Made by a program: the position numbers and the translations under genes. Below, in pieces: positions 34,247 to 43,541 of a DNA stretch of 47,205 bases (position 1 is its first letter; the number at the start of each line of letters is the position of its first letter). Location: assembly GCA_964590095.1 (NCBI GenBank), contig CAZPYW010000001.1, forward strand, positions 1-47,205. The letters run 5' to 3'. The stretch comes from an uncultured Oscillospiraceae bacterium (GTDB lineage: Bacteria; Bacillota; Clostridia; Oscillospirales; Oscillospiraceae). The notes beneath the pieces were generated by a model. That model was given only the letters and a program-made list of their open reading frames with translations, was not told the origin of the DNA and made no database searches.

Positions 34247-35281
34247 TTACACAAACCGAACGGCGGCATCCGGCCAAAGCGCCTCTGCCGTGCAGATAAT
34301 CGTCTGCTGGTCACAGGCAGAAAGCGGTTCAAGGGGCGCAAGCATCACGCTGCGCCCTTTTCTTTTCCAGGTGGCGCGGAGCTGCCCGTGCAGCAGCACA
34401 GTGGGCGAGACGATACCCGCAAGGGAGAATACCTGTCTGAGGTGTTCGGGCGCGAGAATCAGACTTTCCTTTTTCTCGTATCCCAGCAGCATGGGGTCAA
34501 AGCCCGCCAGAAAGACGCAGGTCGGTGCATCGGCCGCCTGAGACGGACTGTCAATCCAGTAATACGTCCGGCCGTCATATTCGTCCGCTTCCAGCGGGAG
34601 CCGGTCAAGCCAACCCCTGACCTCGTGCATGGTGGCATGGAAAAAGTACATGGCGTCGTGAGCGGTGGCAGGGCCATAGTGCGTAAAATAGCGCCGCGCC
34701 AGCGCAAGCGCCGCGTCCTCACGCGGCATGGGTGTGAACGGCGGGCAGGGGATGAGCGTCTTTTCACTGCACACGGCGTAGCACGCAAAGCCGCGTTCGC
34801 ACGCCTCGCGCAGCCCGCCGCCCCACGGGTGAAACATGCTGCGTTCCTCGTCATCTGTCATGCCATGCGCGCGACAGATGGCTTTCAGTGCGTCGCGTGT
34901 CTGCGGCGCGGCAGAAAGTGCGTCCGTGATCACGGCGGTCAGCTCGGCCTGCCGCGCGGGGGTAAGCGCCCAGTCGGCGCGCTGGTTCCAGAAGCTTGGC
35001 GTGTCCCATACGTTGCGGCGGTAATGCGCGCCGTCCAGAAACAGCGGCAGATCATCGGGGTCAAAGACGTGGACGGTGCCGCGCAGCGTCCAGCTTTTGA
35101 CCAGCGCGTCATATGCTGCCTGTTCAGAAAAATCGGTGCTGCGAATGCGCAGAGCATGCAGTGCGTTTGACAGAAACTGCGCCTGTATGCCGCAAAGCCC
35201 GCGCGCAGCGGCGCGCAGATCGGCGGGCTTCGACAGGAACTGTCCCGCCAGCCGCCTTGCCAGGATTTCTTCACGAGTCAT
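34247..35281 (-). CDS. AlkZ/YcaQ-family (HTH_42) DNA glycosylase-like protein
   Basis: 344 aa from ATG 35281 (SD GAAAGGTGG); GIQAQ, W.LRGTVH, RRYFTHYGPAT..D, FLAGFDP.LLGY, PTVLLHG...W. Confidence 0.85.
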   Translation of the reverse strand: MTREEILARRLAGQFLSKPADLRAAARGLCGIQAQFLSNALHALRIRSTDFSEQAAYDALVKSWTLRGTVHVFDPDDLPLFLDGAHYRRNVWDTPSFWNQRADWALTPARQAELTAVITDALSAAPQTRDALKAICRAHGMTDDEERSMFHPWGGGLREACERGFACYAVCSEKTLIPCPPFTPMPREDAALALARRYFTHYGPATAHDAMYFFHATMHEVRGWLDRLPLEADEYDGRTYYWIDSPSQAADAPTCVFLAGFDPMLLGYEKKESLILAPEHLRQVFSLAGIVSPTVLLHGQLRATWKRKGRSVMLAPLEPLSACDQQTIICTAEALWPDAAVRFV

Positions 35282-35307
35282 GCCGCAACCACCTTTCATT
35301 TAGATGT

Positions 35308-35336
35308 ATCTTAGCACAGCAGGCAGCTAAAAACAA
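35308..35336 (-). promoter_or_regulatory. Candidate promoter for the AlkZ-like gene
   Basis: Minus strand TTGTTT-17 nt-TAAGAT with extended TG. Confidence 0.5.
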
Positions 35337-35366
35337 GGACGCAGAAGCGCGCGTCCATAAAACAGG

Positions 35367-35401
35367 AAATCCGGACTATGGCGCAGCCATAGTCCGGATT
35401 T
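35367..35401 (-). terminator. Long hairpin downstream of the BlaR1-like gene
   Basis: AAATCCGGACTATGGC-GCA-GCCATAGTCCGGATTT (16-bp perfect stem). Confidence 0.75.
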
Positions 35402-35446
35402 TGTAATCTCCGCGTTACAGCGTCTGCATGCTCCGCAGGATACGGC

Positions 35447-37435
35447 TCATTCTGAGCCGATGGGCGTAAGCGTTACGCCGTCAAAGACAAGCTCAAGATC
35501 GAAGCCAAGATCGGTCGCGTTTTCCGGTGCAGCGCGCAGGAAGAGATAATAGCTGCCTGCATCCTCCATGGTAAAGCTGAACGCGGTGCGGCCACCCAGA
35601 CAGACCGCGTATTCACCGATGGTGGGGCCGCTGTTGCGGCTGACCTCAACCAGCATGACCACCAGCATGTTCGGCTGCTGCTGATCTCTTGGCAGACAGT
35701 TGACGCTGGCGCTGATCGTGCTGCCCGCCGCTGCGTCCAGCCGATAGGGATAGAAGGTGGCAGCATCCGGCTTGAGCAAGGGGAACAGGAATCCGGTTTC
35801 GTCAGTCAGCTCGGGGTCGGGGAACTGCGCATCGGGAAGCGGGTCAAACATCTGCGTGATGGCAGAGCGCGGCCAGACCTGTGTGGTGAGCTGTACGCTG
35901 TATGCGTCGGCTGCGCCGGCGTTCTGCTGAAGAAGGTCGTAGTTTTCCGCGTCCAGTGAGATGGTGAGCGTATCACCGGCACGCAGATCAGAGAGGACGA
36001 ACGGGTGTACCGCGCCGCTGTCATAGTCACAGAACAAAAGCTCGGCATTTGCGCAGTTCAGCACGCATTCTGCGCCGAAGATGTCCGCGCCTGCGTCTGC
36101 GTCGGCAACGGTGATCGTACCGGCGGCCGTGTCAACCGAAACCAGCACGGCATTAAGCCCGCTGTAGGACGGCGGGACAAAATGGAATCGTGTGCCGTCT
36201 GCCAGCTTTTGCAGCGACATGTCATTGCCCCTTGCATAGAGTTCAGACGAACCGCGCGCGGTGTAGGAAATCGTGTCATTGTCAATCAGTTTGAAAATGT
36301 AGGTACCTTTTACGCTCTCGGCGGTGCAGATGACCTTGCCGTCGTCAATCTCAAATGTGCCATCAATGAGCGTGGAGGAAAACACGTCCGACGTCAGATG
36401 AAAACGTCCTTCGTGCAAGTCAAACGAAACATCGACATAGCTCAGCTGCGAATCGTCCGCGACGTAGCGCCCGTCTGCAAGACCGTAGATGACATGGTCT
36501 GTCGGTTCGGTCAAAAAGCAGACAGCCAGCACGATGCAGCAGACCACTGCCAGCACGATCAGCCAGAACGCGGGCTTTTTATAGTTGAGCACGGCCTTGA
36601 CGCGTGCCTTGACGCCGACTGCACCAAAGGCGAGCGGACAGGCGGCAAGCGTCCGGTGCGGCGTGCTGCAGGAAAGCAGCGCCTGAGAATAATCTGCGCG
36701 CGCAGGTGCATCCAGCGTCCGGATGACCGTCTCATCACACGCAAGCTCAAGGTCGCGGCAGAGCAGCAGATAGCTCAGCCAGACCAGCGGGTGAAACCAG
36801 TAGAGCGACAGGAGCACAAAGCCAAGCAGCTTGACCCAGTTGTCACCGCGCCGAAGGTGACAGCGCTCATGCGCCAGAACGGCAGAGGCGGTGGCGCGCT
36901 CCATCCCCAGCGGGAGGATGATGCGCGGCCGCAGAAGCCCCATGACAAAGGGCGAGGCCACGGCGTCAGATTCATAGACGTTGCCCTCCAGCCGGATGGC
37001 CGTGCGCACGCTGCGCCGCAGCCGCAGCCAGCTGACCAGCAGATACAGCAGCATGGCACCCACACCCAGCAGCCAGATAAAGCCCGCAAGCGTAGTGTAG
37101 AGATAAAGCGGATTGACGCTTGCGGCGGGGTCGGCAGCCGAGGACGCGGCCAGCGCGCCGTCCAGCGCGGTGTTCAGGGGCGGAATGCCGGTATTGACCG
37201 TGGGAACGGGGTCATAGCGGACGGCCAGCTGTGTAAGGAGCGTACCGCTTGGTACAAGACTGAGCGCACTTTCAATCGACCACGGAAGCGCCAGACGCAG
37301 CCCGACCAGTCCCCACATCACAGGGCGCAGCCGCTTTGGCGCGCGGGCAAGAAGCAGGCGCAGCAGCAGCACCGCCGCGATCAGCCAGCTTGCGCTGTAG
37401 GCGCGGTTCAAAAAGCCAAGAAAAAGCTCACTCAT
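35447..37435 (-). CDS. M56 family metallopeptidase (BlaR1/MecR1-like signal transducer) with an unrecognised extracellular domain
   Basis: 662 aa; SPFVMGLLRPRIILP, HERCH (HExxH), WFHPLVW, DLELACDE, VKARVKAVLNYKKP; last TM followed by about 350 aa acidic beta-rich region. Confidence 0.9.
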   Translation of the reverse strand: MSELFLGFLNRAYSASWLIAAVLLLRLLLARAPKRLRPVMWGLVGLRLALPWSIESALSLVPSGTLLTQLAVRYDPVPTVNTGIPPLNTALDGALAASSAADPAASVNPLYLYTTLAGFIWLLGVGAMLLYLLVSWLRLRRSVRTAIRLEGNVYESDAVASPFVMGLLRPRIILPLGMERATASAVLAHERCHLRRGDNWVKLLGFVLLSLYWFHPLVWLSYLLLCRDLELACDETVIRTLDAPARADYSQALLSCSTPHRTLAACPLAFGAVGVKARVKAVLNYKKPAFWLIVLAVVCCIVLAVCFLTEPTDHVIYGLADGRYVADDSQLSYVDVSFDLHEGRFHLTSDVFSSTLIDGTFEIDDGKVICTAESVKGTYIFKLIDNDTISYTARGSSELYARGNDMSLQKLADGTRFHFVPPSYSGLNAVLVSVDTAAGTITVADADAGADIFGAECVLNCANAELLFCDYDSGAVHPFVLSDLRAGDTLTISLDAENYDLLQQNAGAADAYSVQLTTQVWPRSAITQMFDPLPDAQFPDPELTDETGFLFPLLKPDAATFYPYRLDAAAGSTISASVNCLPRDQQQPNMLVVMLVEVSRNSGPTIGEYAVCLGGRTAFSFTMEDAGSYYLFLRAAPENATDLGFDLELVFDGVTLTPIGSE

Positions 37436-37802
37436 GCGATACCTCCCTGCGATAGGCGTCGATCATGCGCTGTACCTCATCCAGTTCATCCTGTGTCAGA
37501 CGCTTCTGGCTGGTAAAGGCGGCCAGAAACGCGGGGAGTGAACCGGAAAAGGTCTCCTGCACAAAATTGCGGCTTTGCATACCGGTGTACTGCTCGCGCG
37601 TGATGCGCACGCAGACCGTCCCGCCGTTATTCTCAAACAGACCCTTTTCACAAAGACGACGAATGACGGTGTGTGTGGTTGTCCGTTTCCAGCCGAATTC
37701 GTCGGCGGCCAGATGGACAAGCTGTGTGGTGCTGACAGGCGCCATCGCCCAGATGCGCTCGGCAAAACGCGCCTCAATCGCGCCAAGCTGCATGTCGGCC
37801 AT
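37428..37802 (-). CDS. BlaI/MecI/CopY family repressor
   Basis: 124 aa; E..FAERIW, WKRTTTHTVIRRLCEKG, FVQETFSGSLPAFLAAF; overlaps the M56 start; SD GGAGGG. Confidence 0.92.
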   Translation of the reverse strand: MADMQLGAIEARFAERIWAMAPVSTTQLVHLAADEFGWKRTTTHTVIRRLCEKGLFENNGGTVCVRITREQYTGMQSRNFVQETFSGSLPAFLAAFTSQKRLTQDELDEVQRMIDAYRREVSHE

Positions 37803-37824
37803 TAAGATCCCTCCAATCGGATGT

Positions 37825-37878
37825 ACTACAAATTGTAGTCTCTATGGACATACTACAGCGTGTAGTCTGTGTTGTCAA
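37825..37878 (-). promoter_or_regulatory. blaI-like promoter with two palindromic operators
   Basis: Minus strand TTGACA(37878-37873)-17 nt-TAGTAT(37855-37850); ACTACA-AAT-TGTAGT at 37825-37839 and ACTACA-GCG-TGTAGT at 37852-37866. Confidence 0.85.
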
Positions 37879-37921
37879 GAGAAAAGTCAGGAAACCGGAA
37901 AATTTCATCCCCCCAGGGAGC

Positions 37922-37950
37922 TTCAAAACCGCGGCTGCCTTTGGTAAAAT
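37922..37950 (+). promoter_or_regulatory. Candidate promoter for the ABC operon
   Basis: TTCAAA-17 nt-TAAAAT with extended TG. Confidence 0.45.
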
Positions 37951-37981
37951 GTCCGCAGAACAACGAAACGAGGGAAACGGA

Positions 37982-39526
37982 ATGAAAAAACTTGCTGCAC
38001 TTCTGCTTTGCGCGGCAATGCTGCTGACGCTGGCCGCGTGTACGACAGGTGCAAAGGAAGCGGCCACGGACAGCTCGACACTGGTCTATGGTTCTGCCGA
38101 TTATACGCGCATCAATCCGGCAATGGATGAGCACTGTGAGCTGAGCGTGCTGCTGTTTGACGGTCTGACGGCGCATGACGGCGAAAACAATGTCATCCCC
38201 GCGCTGGCTGAAAGCTGGGAGCTTGACGAGGCGACCAATACCTATACCTTTCATCTGCGCAGCGGCGTGACATGGCACGACGGCGCGGCGTTTACGTCCA
38301 AGGACGTAAAATTCACCATTGAGGCCATTATGAATCCGGAAAACGGCTCAGAAAACGCGCCAAACTTTGAAGAGGTCGAGGAGATCACCACGCCGGATGA
38401 GCAGACGGTGGTGTTCCGGCTCTCGGCGCCGAATGCGGCGTTTCTGGATTACATGTCCATGGCGATTTTACCGGAGCATCTTCTCACCGGAGAGGACTGG
38501 CAGGAGTCGGATTTCTTCCGCACGCCGGTTGGCACGGGTGCGTACCGGCTGGAAAGCTGGGACGTGGGACAGGCGATCAGTCTGGTGCGAAATGCGGACT
38601 ATTACCGAGGCGCGGCAAAGATCGAGCGCATTATCTTCAAAATTGTCCCCGATGACAACGCACAGGCCATGCAGCTGGAATCCGGCGAGCTGGATCTGGC
38701 GCTGCTTGACCCCAAAAATGCACAGCTGTTTCAGGAAAAGGACGGCTTTGTCTGCTATGATATGAAGACCAGCGATTACCGCGGCATTCTGTTTAACTTC
38801 TGGAACGATTACTGGAACGAAAACCACGATATCATTCCGGCCGTCTGCTATGCGCTTGACCGCGAGGCAATCGTCGATGCTGTCCTGCTGGGACAGGGCG
38901 AGGCGGCGTATGGGCCATTACAGCGAAATGTATATAACGAGCCGGAGGTTGAGCGCTATGCTTATGATCCGGAAAAGGCGCGCTCAATTCTGGAGGAAGC
39001 AGGCTGTACGCTGAACGACGACGGCTATTATGTCCGCAACGGTGCGGAGGTCGCCTTTACCATCAGCGTCATGTCCGGCGAGCAGGACCGCATTGATATT
39101 GCACAGGCCGCCGCGCAGCAGCTGCGTGAGGTGGGCATCCACTGTACTGTAGATATCCCCGCGGTGATGGACTGGGTGGGACAGCAGGCGTGTCTGATCG
39201 GCTGGGGCAGTCCCTTTGACGCGGACGACCACACCTATAAGGTATTTGGAACGGACAAGGGCGCAAACTACTCGGGCTATTCCAATGAAAAGGTGGACGA
39301 GTATCTGACAAAGGCGCGCGAAAGTGCCGACGCGGATACGCGGCGAGCGTATTACAGCCTGTTCCAGCAGGAGCTGGCAGCCGACCCCGCGTATGCGTTT
39401 ATCTGCTATGTGGATGCAAACTACGTCTCCTCCGGCAGAATATCGGGCATTGATGCAGAGAAAATTCTGGGACACCACGGCGTGGGTATCTTCTGGAATG
39501 TCTGCGAATGGACGCTTGGAGCATAA
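37982..39526 (+). CDS. ABC transporter substrate-binding lipoprotein, family 5 (OppA/DppA/NikA-like)
   Basis: 514 aa; signal MKKLAALLL..LAAC lipobox; PALAESW, LRSGVTWHDG..FT.KDVKFT, PVGTGAY. Confidence 0.92.
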   Translation: MKKLAALLLCAAMLLTLAACTTGAKEAATDSSTLVYGSADYTRINPAMDEHCELSVLLFDGLTAHDGENNVIPALAESWELDEATNTYTFHLRSGVTWHDGAAFTSKDVKFTIEAIMNPENGSENAPNFEEVEEITTPDEQTVVFRLSAPNAAFLDYMSMAILPEHLLTGEDWQESDFFRTPVGTGAYRLESWDVGQAISLVRNADYYRGAAKIERIIFKIVPDDNAQAMQLESGELDLALLDPKNAQLFQEKDGFVCYDMKTSDYRGILFNFWNDYWNENHDIIPAVCYALDREAIVDAVLLGQGEAAYGPLQRNVYNEPEVERYAYDPEKARSILEEAGCTLNDDGYYVRNGAEVAFTISVMSGEQDRIDIAQAAAQQLREVGIHCTVDIPAVMDWVGQQACLIGWGSPFDADDHTYKVFGTDKGANYSGYSNEKVDEYLTKARESADADTRRAYYSLFQQELAADPAYAFICYVDANYVSSGRISGIDAEKILGHHGVGIFWNVCEWTLGA

Positions 39527-39542
39527 AGAACATGGACTTGTG

Positions 39543-39569
39543 GCAGGGTGCGCGAAACGCGTACCCTGC
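39543..39569 (+). other. Intercistronic stem-loop after the binding-protein gene (likely mRNA-stabilising)
   Basis: GCAGGGTGCGCG-AAA-CGCGTACCCTGC with no T-tract. Confidence 0.55.
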
Positions 39570-39593
39570 ACGGCAGTTTCGGGAGGAAACAAA

Positions 39594-40610
39594 ATGGAAG
39601 AACGTCTGGATATCCGACACCTGTCGGTCAGCTTTGATACGCCGCGCGGGCGCGTGGAGGCGGTGCGTGATGTAAGTCTCACGCTCCACTCCGGCGAGGT
39701 GCTGGCGCTGGTGGGCGAGTCCGGCTGCGGAAAAAGCGTTCTCTGTAAGGCGATTATGAAGCTTCTGCCGAAGACGGCACGAATCGAAGCGGAGCAGATT
39801 TTACTCGACGGAACCGATATTGCGCGCTGCACCGAGCGCGAGATGTGCCGCCTGCGCGGCAGCGCGTTTTCCATGGTGTTTCAGGATCCCATGACGGCGC
39901 TTGACCCCACGATGACGATTGGCGCGCAGATCGCAGAGGCGGTCCGTGTGCATCAGCGGGGCATTTCGCGCGACGCGCTGCACGCGCGGGTGCTCGAGCT
40001 GATGCGTCTGACGGGAATCGAACAGCCCGAGGCGCGCGCCCGCCTCTATCCGCACAGCTTTTCCGGCGGGATGCGGCAGCGTGTGGTGATGGCCATTGCG
40101 CTGGCGTCGCGGCCAAAAATTTTACTGGCCGATGAGCCAACCACGTCGCTGGATGTGACCATTCAGGCGCAGATTCTGGATTTACTGCGCGAGGTGCAGC
40201 AGACGTGTGATACCGCGACCATTCTTGTCTCACACGATCTTGGTGTTGTCGCGCGCGCGGCTGACCGCGTGGCCGTGATGTACGCGGGAAAGATCGTGGA
40301 GATCGGAACAGCGGAAGAAATCTATTATGACCCGCGCCATCCGTACACATGGGGGCTGCTGCAGTCGCTTCCGGCGCTGCGCCGGCGCGGCGAGCCGCTG
40401 TATACCATCGGCGGGATGCCGCCGACGCTGATCGACCCGCCGCAGGGTGACGCATTTGCCTGCCGCAATCCGTATGCGCTGGATATCGACTATGAACAGG
40501 TGCCGCCGATGTTCCAGATCACGCCGACGCACTATGCGGCGACGTGGCTGCTTGACCCGCGCGCGCCAAAAATCAAACCACCGGTGGGAGGGCTGCAAGG
40601 TGAGGGATGA
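39594..40610 (+). CDS. Peptide/nickel ABC transporter ATP-binding subunit (OppD-like)
   Basis: 338 aa; [28 protein letters not shown]; SD GGAGG. Confidence 0.92.
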   Translation: MEERLDIRHLSVSFDTPRGRVEAVRDVSLTLHSGEVLALVGESGCGKSVLCKAIMKLLPKTARIEAEQILLDGTDIARCTEREMCRLRGSAFSMVFQDPMTALDPTMTIGAQIAEAVRVHQRGISRDALHARVLELMRLTGIEQPEARARLYPHSFSGGMRQRVVMAIALASRPKILLADEPTTSLDVTIQAQILDLLREVQQTCDTATILVSHDLGVVARAADRVAVMYAGKIVEIGTAEEIYYDPRHPYTWGLLQSLPALRRRGEPLYTIGGMPPTLIDPPQGDAFACRNPYALDIDYEQVPPMFQITPTHYAATWLLDPRAPKIKPPVGGLQGEG

Positions 40611-41502
40611 AAACCTGCTGACAGTTGAACATCTGACACACTGCTTTCCCTTTGGGCGCGGCGGCGTGCTGCGCGCGCTGGACGATGTGTCGTTTCAGAT
40701 CAGACGCGGCGAAATATTCGGTCTGGTTGGCGAATCGGGGAGCGGAAAATCCACAGCAGCACGCTGCATTATGAATCTCTACACGCCGACTGCCGGAAAA
40801 ATTGTGTATCAGGGAATTAACATTTGTGACCGCGCGCAGCTTCGTGCAAACAGAAAAATGCTGCAAACCTCGCGGCAGATCATTTTTCAGGACTCGACCT
40901 CCAGTCTCGACCCCAGAATGAAGGTCTGCGACATCATAGCCGAGCCCATGCGCATCGCGCATATGACCCCGCCGCGCGGAAGCTTTCGCGCCGAGGCGGC
41001 GTTCCAGATGAAATATGTCGGACTGGACAGCAGCTGTCTTGATCGCTATCCGGACGAGCTTTCCGGCGGCCAGCGCCAGCGTGTTGCCATTGCGCGCGCG
41101 CTTTGCATGGAGCCGCAGCTGCTGGTGGCAGATGAGCCGGTTGCCTCACTGGATGTGTCGATTCAGGCGCAGATCGTCAACCTGTTCCGGCATTTGCAGG
41201 CAGAGCACGGCTTTACCTTTCTCTTTATCGCGCATGATCTTGCCATGGTCGAATATCTCTGTGACCGCGTGGGCGTTTTGTATCACGGGCGGCTGGTTGA
41301 GGTTGCACCGGTGGAGGCGCTGTTTGAAAACCCGCTGCACCCTTATACGAAAGCGCTGCTTTCGGCAATGCCGCTGCCGGATCCCATCCGTGAGCGGAAG
41401 CGGAAGCTGACGCGCTTTGAACAGCGTGAGCTGCCGCGCGGCGCGCAGCTGGTCGAGCGCAGCCCCGATCACTTTGTGCTGGAGGGAGGCGAGGAGGCTT
41501 GA
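40600..41502 (+). CDS. Peptide/nickel ABC transporter ATP-binding subunit (OppF-like)
   Basis: About 300 aa, GTG start; GESGSGKS, LSGGQRQR, ADEPVASLD, HPYTKALLSA. Confidence 0.92.
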   Translation: MRDENLLTVEHLTHCFPFGRGGVLRALDDVSFQIRRGEIFGLVGESGSGKSTAARCIMNLYTPTAGKIVYQGINICDRAQLRANRKMLQTSRQIIFQDSTSSLDPRMKVCDIIAEPMRIAHMTPPRGSFRAEAAFQMKYVGLDSSCLDRYPDELSGGQRQRVAIARALCMEPQLLVADEPVASLDVSIQAQIVNLFRHLQAEHGFTFLFIAHDLAMVEYLCDRVGVLYHGRLVEVAPVEALFENPLHPYTKALLSAMPLPDPIRERKRKLTRFEQRELPRGAQLVERSPDHFVLEGGEEA

Positions 41503-42503
41503 ACGGATGGAAAACGCTCCGATATTACGGCGGAAAGCTGCTGCTCTTTGTGCTTAGTGTTCTGCTGCTCTCGCTGCTGGTGTTCTGTGTGGCGCGGCTT
41601 GCGCCGGGGGACGCGCTGGTGTCCTATTACGGTGACCGCGCAGAAAAGCTGACCGCAGCCGAGCGCGCCGCGGCGGAAGAACGCCTCGGTCTGCATGAGC
41701 CGCTTCTGCGCCAGTATGGGAAGTGGCTGAAAAACGCGCTGCACGGCGAGTTTGGTGTTTCATACAAGTATAAAATGGACGTGTTGGAGGTCATTGGTGC
41801 ACGGCTTCCGTTTACGCTGATTCTGGGCGGGGGAGGCTTCGTGCTGATCTTTGTGCTGGCGCTGGCGCTTGGGACGCTTTGCGCGTGGCATGAGGGGCGC
41901 GCGCTTGACCGCGTTTTGTGTAAGATCGGCACGGTTTCCAGCTGTATTCCGGAGTTCTGGCTGTCGCTGGTTCTGATTTTGATCTTCTCGGTGACGCTGC
42001 GGCTGCTGCCGTCCTCGGGCGCGTATTCGATCGGGCGGCGGGGGGAGCTTGCTGACCGGCTGCTGCATCTGATTTTGCCGATGAGCGTGGTGGTGCTCAG
42101 TCATCTGTGGTATTATGCCTATCTGGTGCGAAACCGTCTGCTAGAAGAGCTTTCTGCACAGTACGTGCTTCTGGCGCGCAGCAAGGGACTTACGCGCGGA
42201 AGCGTTATGCTTCGCCACTGTCTGCGCGGCGTGATGCCGTCGTATCTCAGCATTATGGCGATTTCGGTGCCGCATATTCTGGGCGGGACATATATCGTCG
42301 AGAGCGTGTTTTCCTACCCTGGACTTGGTACGCTCAGCTATGAAAGCGCGCGGTATAAGGACTACAATCTTTTGATGGTGCTGTGCATTCTGACCGGAGC
42401 GGTCGTTATTGCTTGCAGTATGCTGGCGCAGGGTATCAATGCGCGCATTGACCCGCGACTGCGCGAGATGCGCGGACAGACAGACGGAGGTGAGGCGAAA
42501 TGA
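41499..42503 (+). CDS. Peptide/nickel ABC transporter permease (OppB-like)
   Basis: 334 aa, TTG start; LAPGD, IPEFWL, ARSKGL, IVESVFSYPGLG, DY. Confidence 0.92.
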   Translation: MNGWKTLRYYGGKLLLFVLSVLLLSLLVFCVARLAPGDALVSYYGDRAEKLTAAERAAAEERLGLHEPLLRQYGKWLKNALHGEFGVSYKYKMDVLEVIGARLPFTLILGGGGFVLIFVLALALGTLCAWHEGRALDRVLCKIGTVSSCIPEFWLSLVLILIFSVTLRLLPSSGAYSIGRRGELADRLLHLILPMSVVVLSHLWYYAYLVRNRLLEELSAQYVLLARSKGLTRGSVMLRHCLRGVMPSYLSIMAISVPHILGGTYIVESVFSYPGLGTLSYESARYKDYNLLMVLCILTGAVVIACSMLAQGINARIDPRLREMRGQTDGGEAK

Positions 42504-43387
42504 GCGAGCGAGATACCTTCCGGCTGGTCGGGCCGCGTGATACGCCGCCGCGCCTCAGGCAAAAGCGCGCGTGGTATCAGGGGCTTCCAATCGGCTCATG
42601 CGTCGTGCTGGCGCTGATTCTGCTCGGCTGCGCATGCTGCAGCTGTTTTCTCACGCGCGACCCATCGTATATGGCGCTGTCAGACTGCAACACGCCGCCG
42701 TGTCGCGAATATCTCTTTGGAACGGACGCGATGGGACGCGATATCTTCACCATGATCTGGTATGGCGGGCGTGTTTCACTGTGCATCGGTCTGCTTTCCA
42801 CGCTGATCTCCACAGTGCTGGCCGTTCTGCTGGGCAGTCTGAGTGGCTGCGCGCCGCGCCGTCTGGATGCGGCGCTGATGCGTCTGACCGAGATTCTACT
42901 GAGCGTACCGTCGCTTCTGCTGACGGTGCTGCTGCAGGCGGTGCTGGGTGAGGCAAATGTGCTCAGCATTTCGCTGGTCATTGGACTGACGGGCTGGACG
43001 TCAATTGCCAAGGTCGTGCGTACCGAGGTGCGGCAGCTGCGCGCAAGTGAATATGTGCTGGCGGCGCGCGCCATGGGCGGTGGCTTCTTTCATATCCTGC
43101 GGCAGCATCTTGCGCCGAATTTTGCCTCATCCATCTCGTTTATGGTGGTCATGAATATCCGAAGCGCCATTCTGGCCGAGTCCACGCTCAGCTTTATGGG
43201 CATTGGACTGCCGCTGGAGATCGTCTCGTGGGGCAGTATGCTTTCGCTTGCCGATCAGTCCATCCTGAGCGGCTGCTGGTGGAGCATTCTGATCCCGGGC
43301 GCGTTTCTGGTTGCGTCGCTGCTTTGCATTACCGAGCTTGCAAACGCGCTGCGCAGCCGCGACGGCGGGAGGCAGAGCAACCTGTAA
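42500..43387 (+). CDS. Peptide/nickel ABC transporter permease (OppC-like)
   Basis: 295 aa; FGTDAMGRD, EYVLAARAMG, ESTLSFMGIG, SWG.ML. Confidence 0.92.
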   Translation: MSERDTFRLVGPRDTPPRLRQKRAWYQGLPIGSCVVLALILLGCACCSCFLTRDPSYMALSDCNTPPCREYLFGTDAMGRDIFTMIWYGGRVSLCIGLLSTLISTVLAVLLGSLSGCAPRRLDAALMRLTEILLSVPSLLLTVLLQAVLGEANVLSISLVIGLTGWTSIAKVVRTEVRQLRASEYVLAARAMGGGFFHILRQHLAPNFASSISFMVVMNIRSAILAESTLSFMGIGLPLEIVSWGSMLSLADQSILSGCWWSILIPGAFLVASLLCITELANALRSRDGGRQSNL

Positions 43388-43469
43388 AAGCGTGCTGCTG
43401 CACAGCATGATTGCACAGCGAATCAACGTTTTGACGTGTGTTTGTAAAGCGGAAATTGTCTATGCAAGG

Positions 43470-43520
43470 AAAGGAGTAAACCAACGGTCGGTTTACTCCT
43501 TTTCAGAACAATCGTATAAT
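43470..43520 (+). promoter_or_regulatory. Inverted repeat (terminator and/or operator) overlapping the promoter of the small XRE gene
   Basis: AAAGGAGTAAACC-AACGGTC-GGTTTACTCCTTT (43470-43502); TTTACT(43492)-17 nt-TATAAT(43515). Confidence 0.65.
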
Positions 43521-43541
43521 CATGGTGAGAGGAGGGGAAAG

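Noticed and set aside
35447-37802. Beta-lactam resistance locus
   Set aside because: No beta-lactamase or PBP2a-like gene and no recognisable penicillin-binding sensor domain
37880-37981. Cobalamin or NiCo riboswitch upstream of the ABC operon
   Set aside because: No B12-box or conserved aptamer sequence is visible and the predicted promoter leaves only about 25 nt of leader
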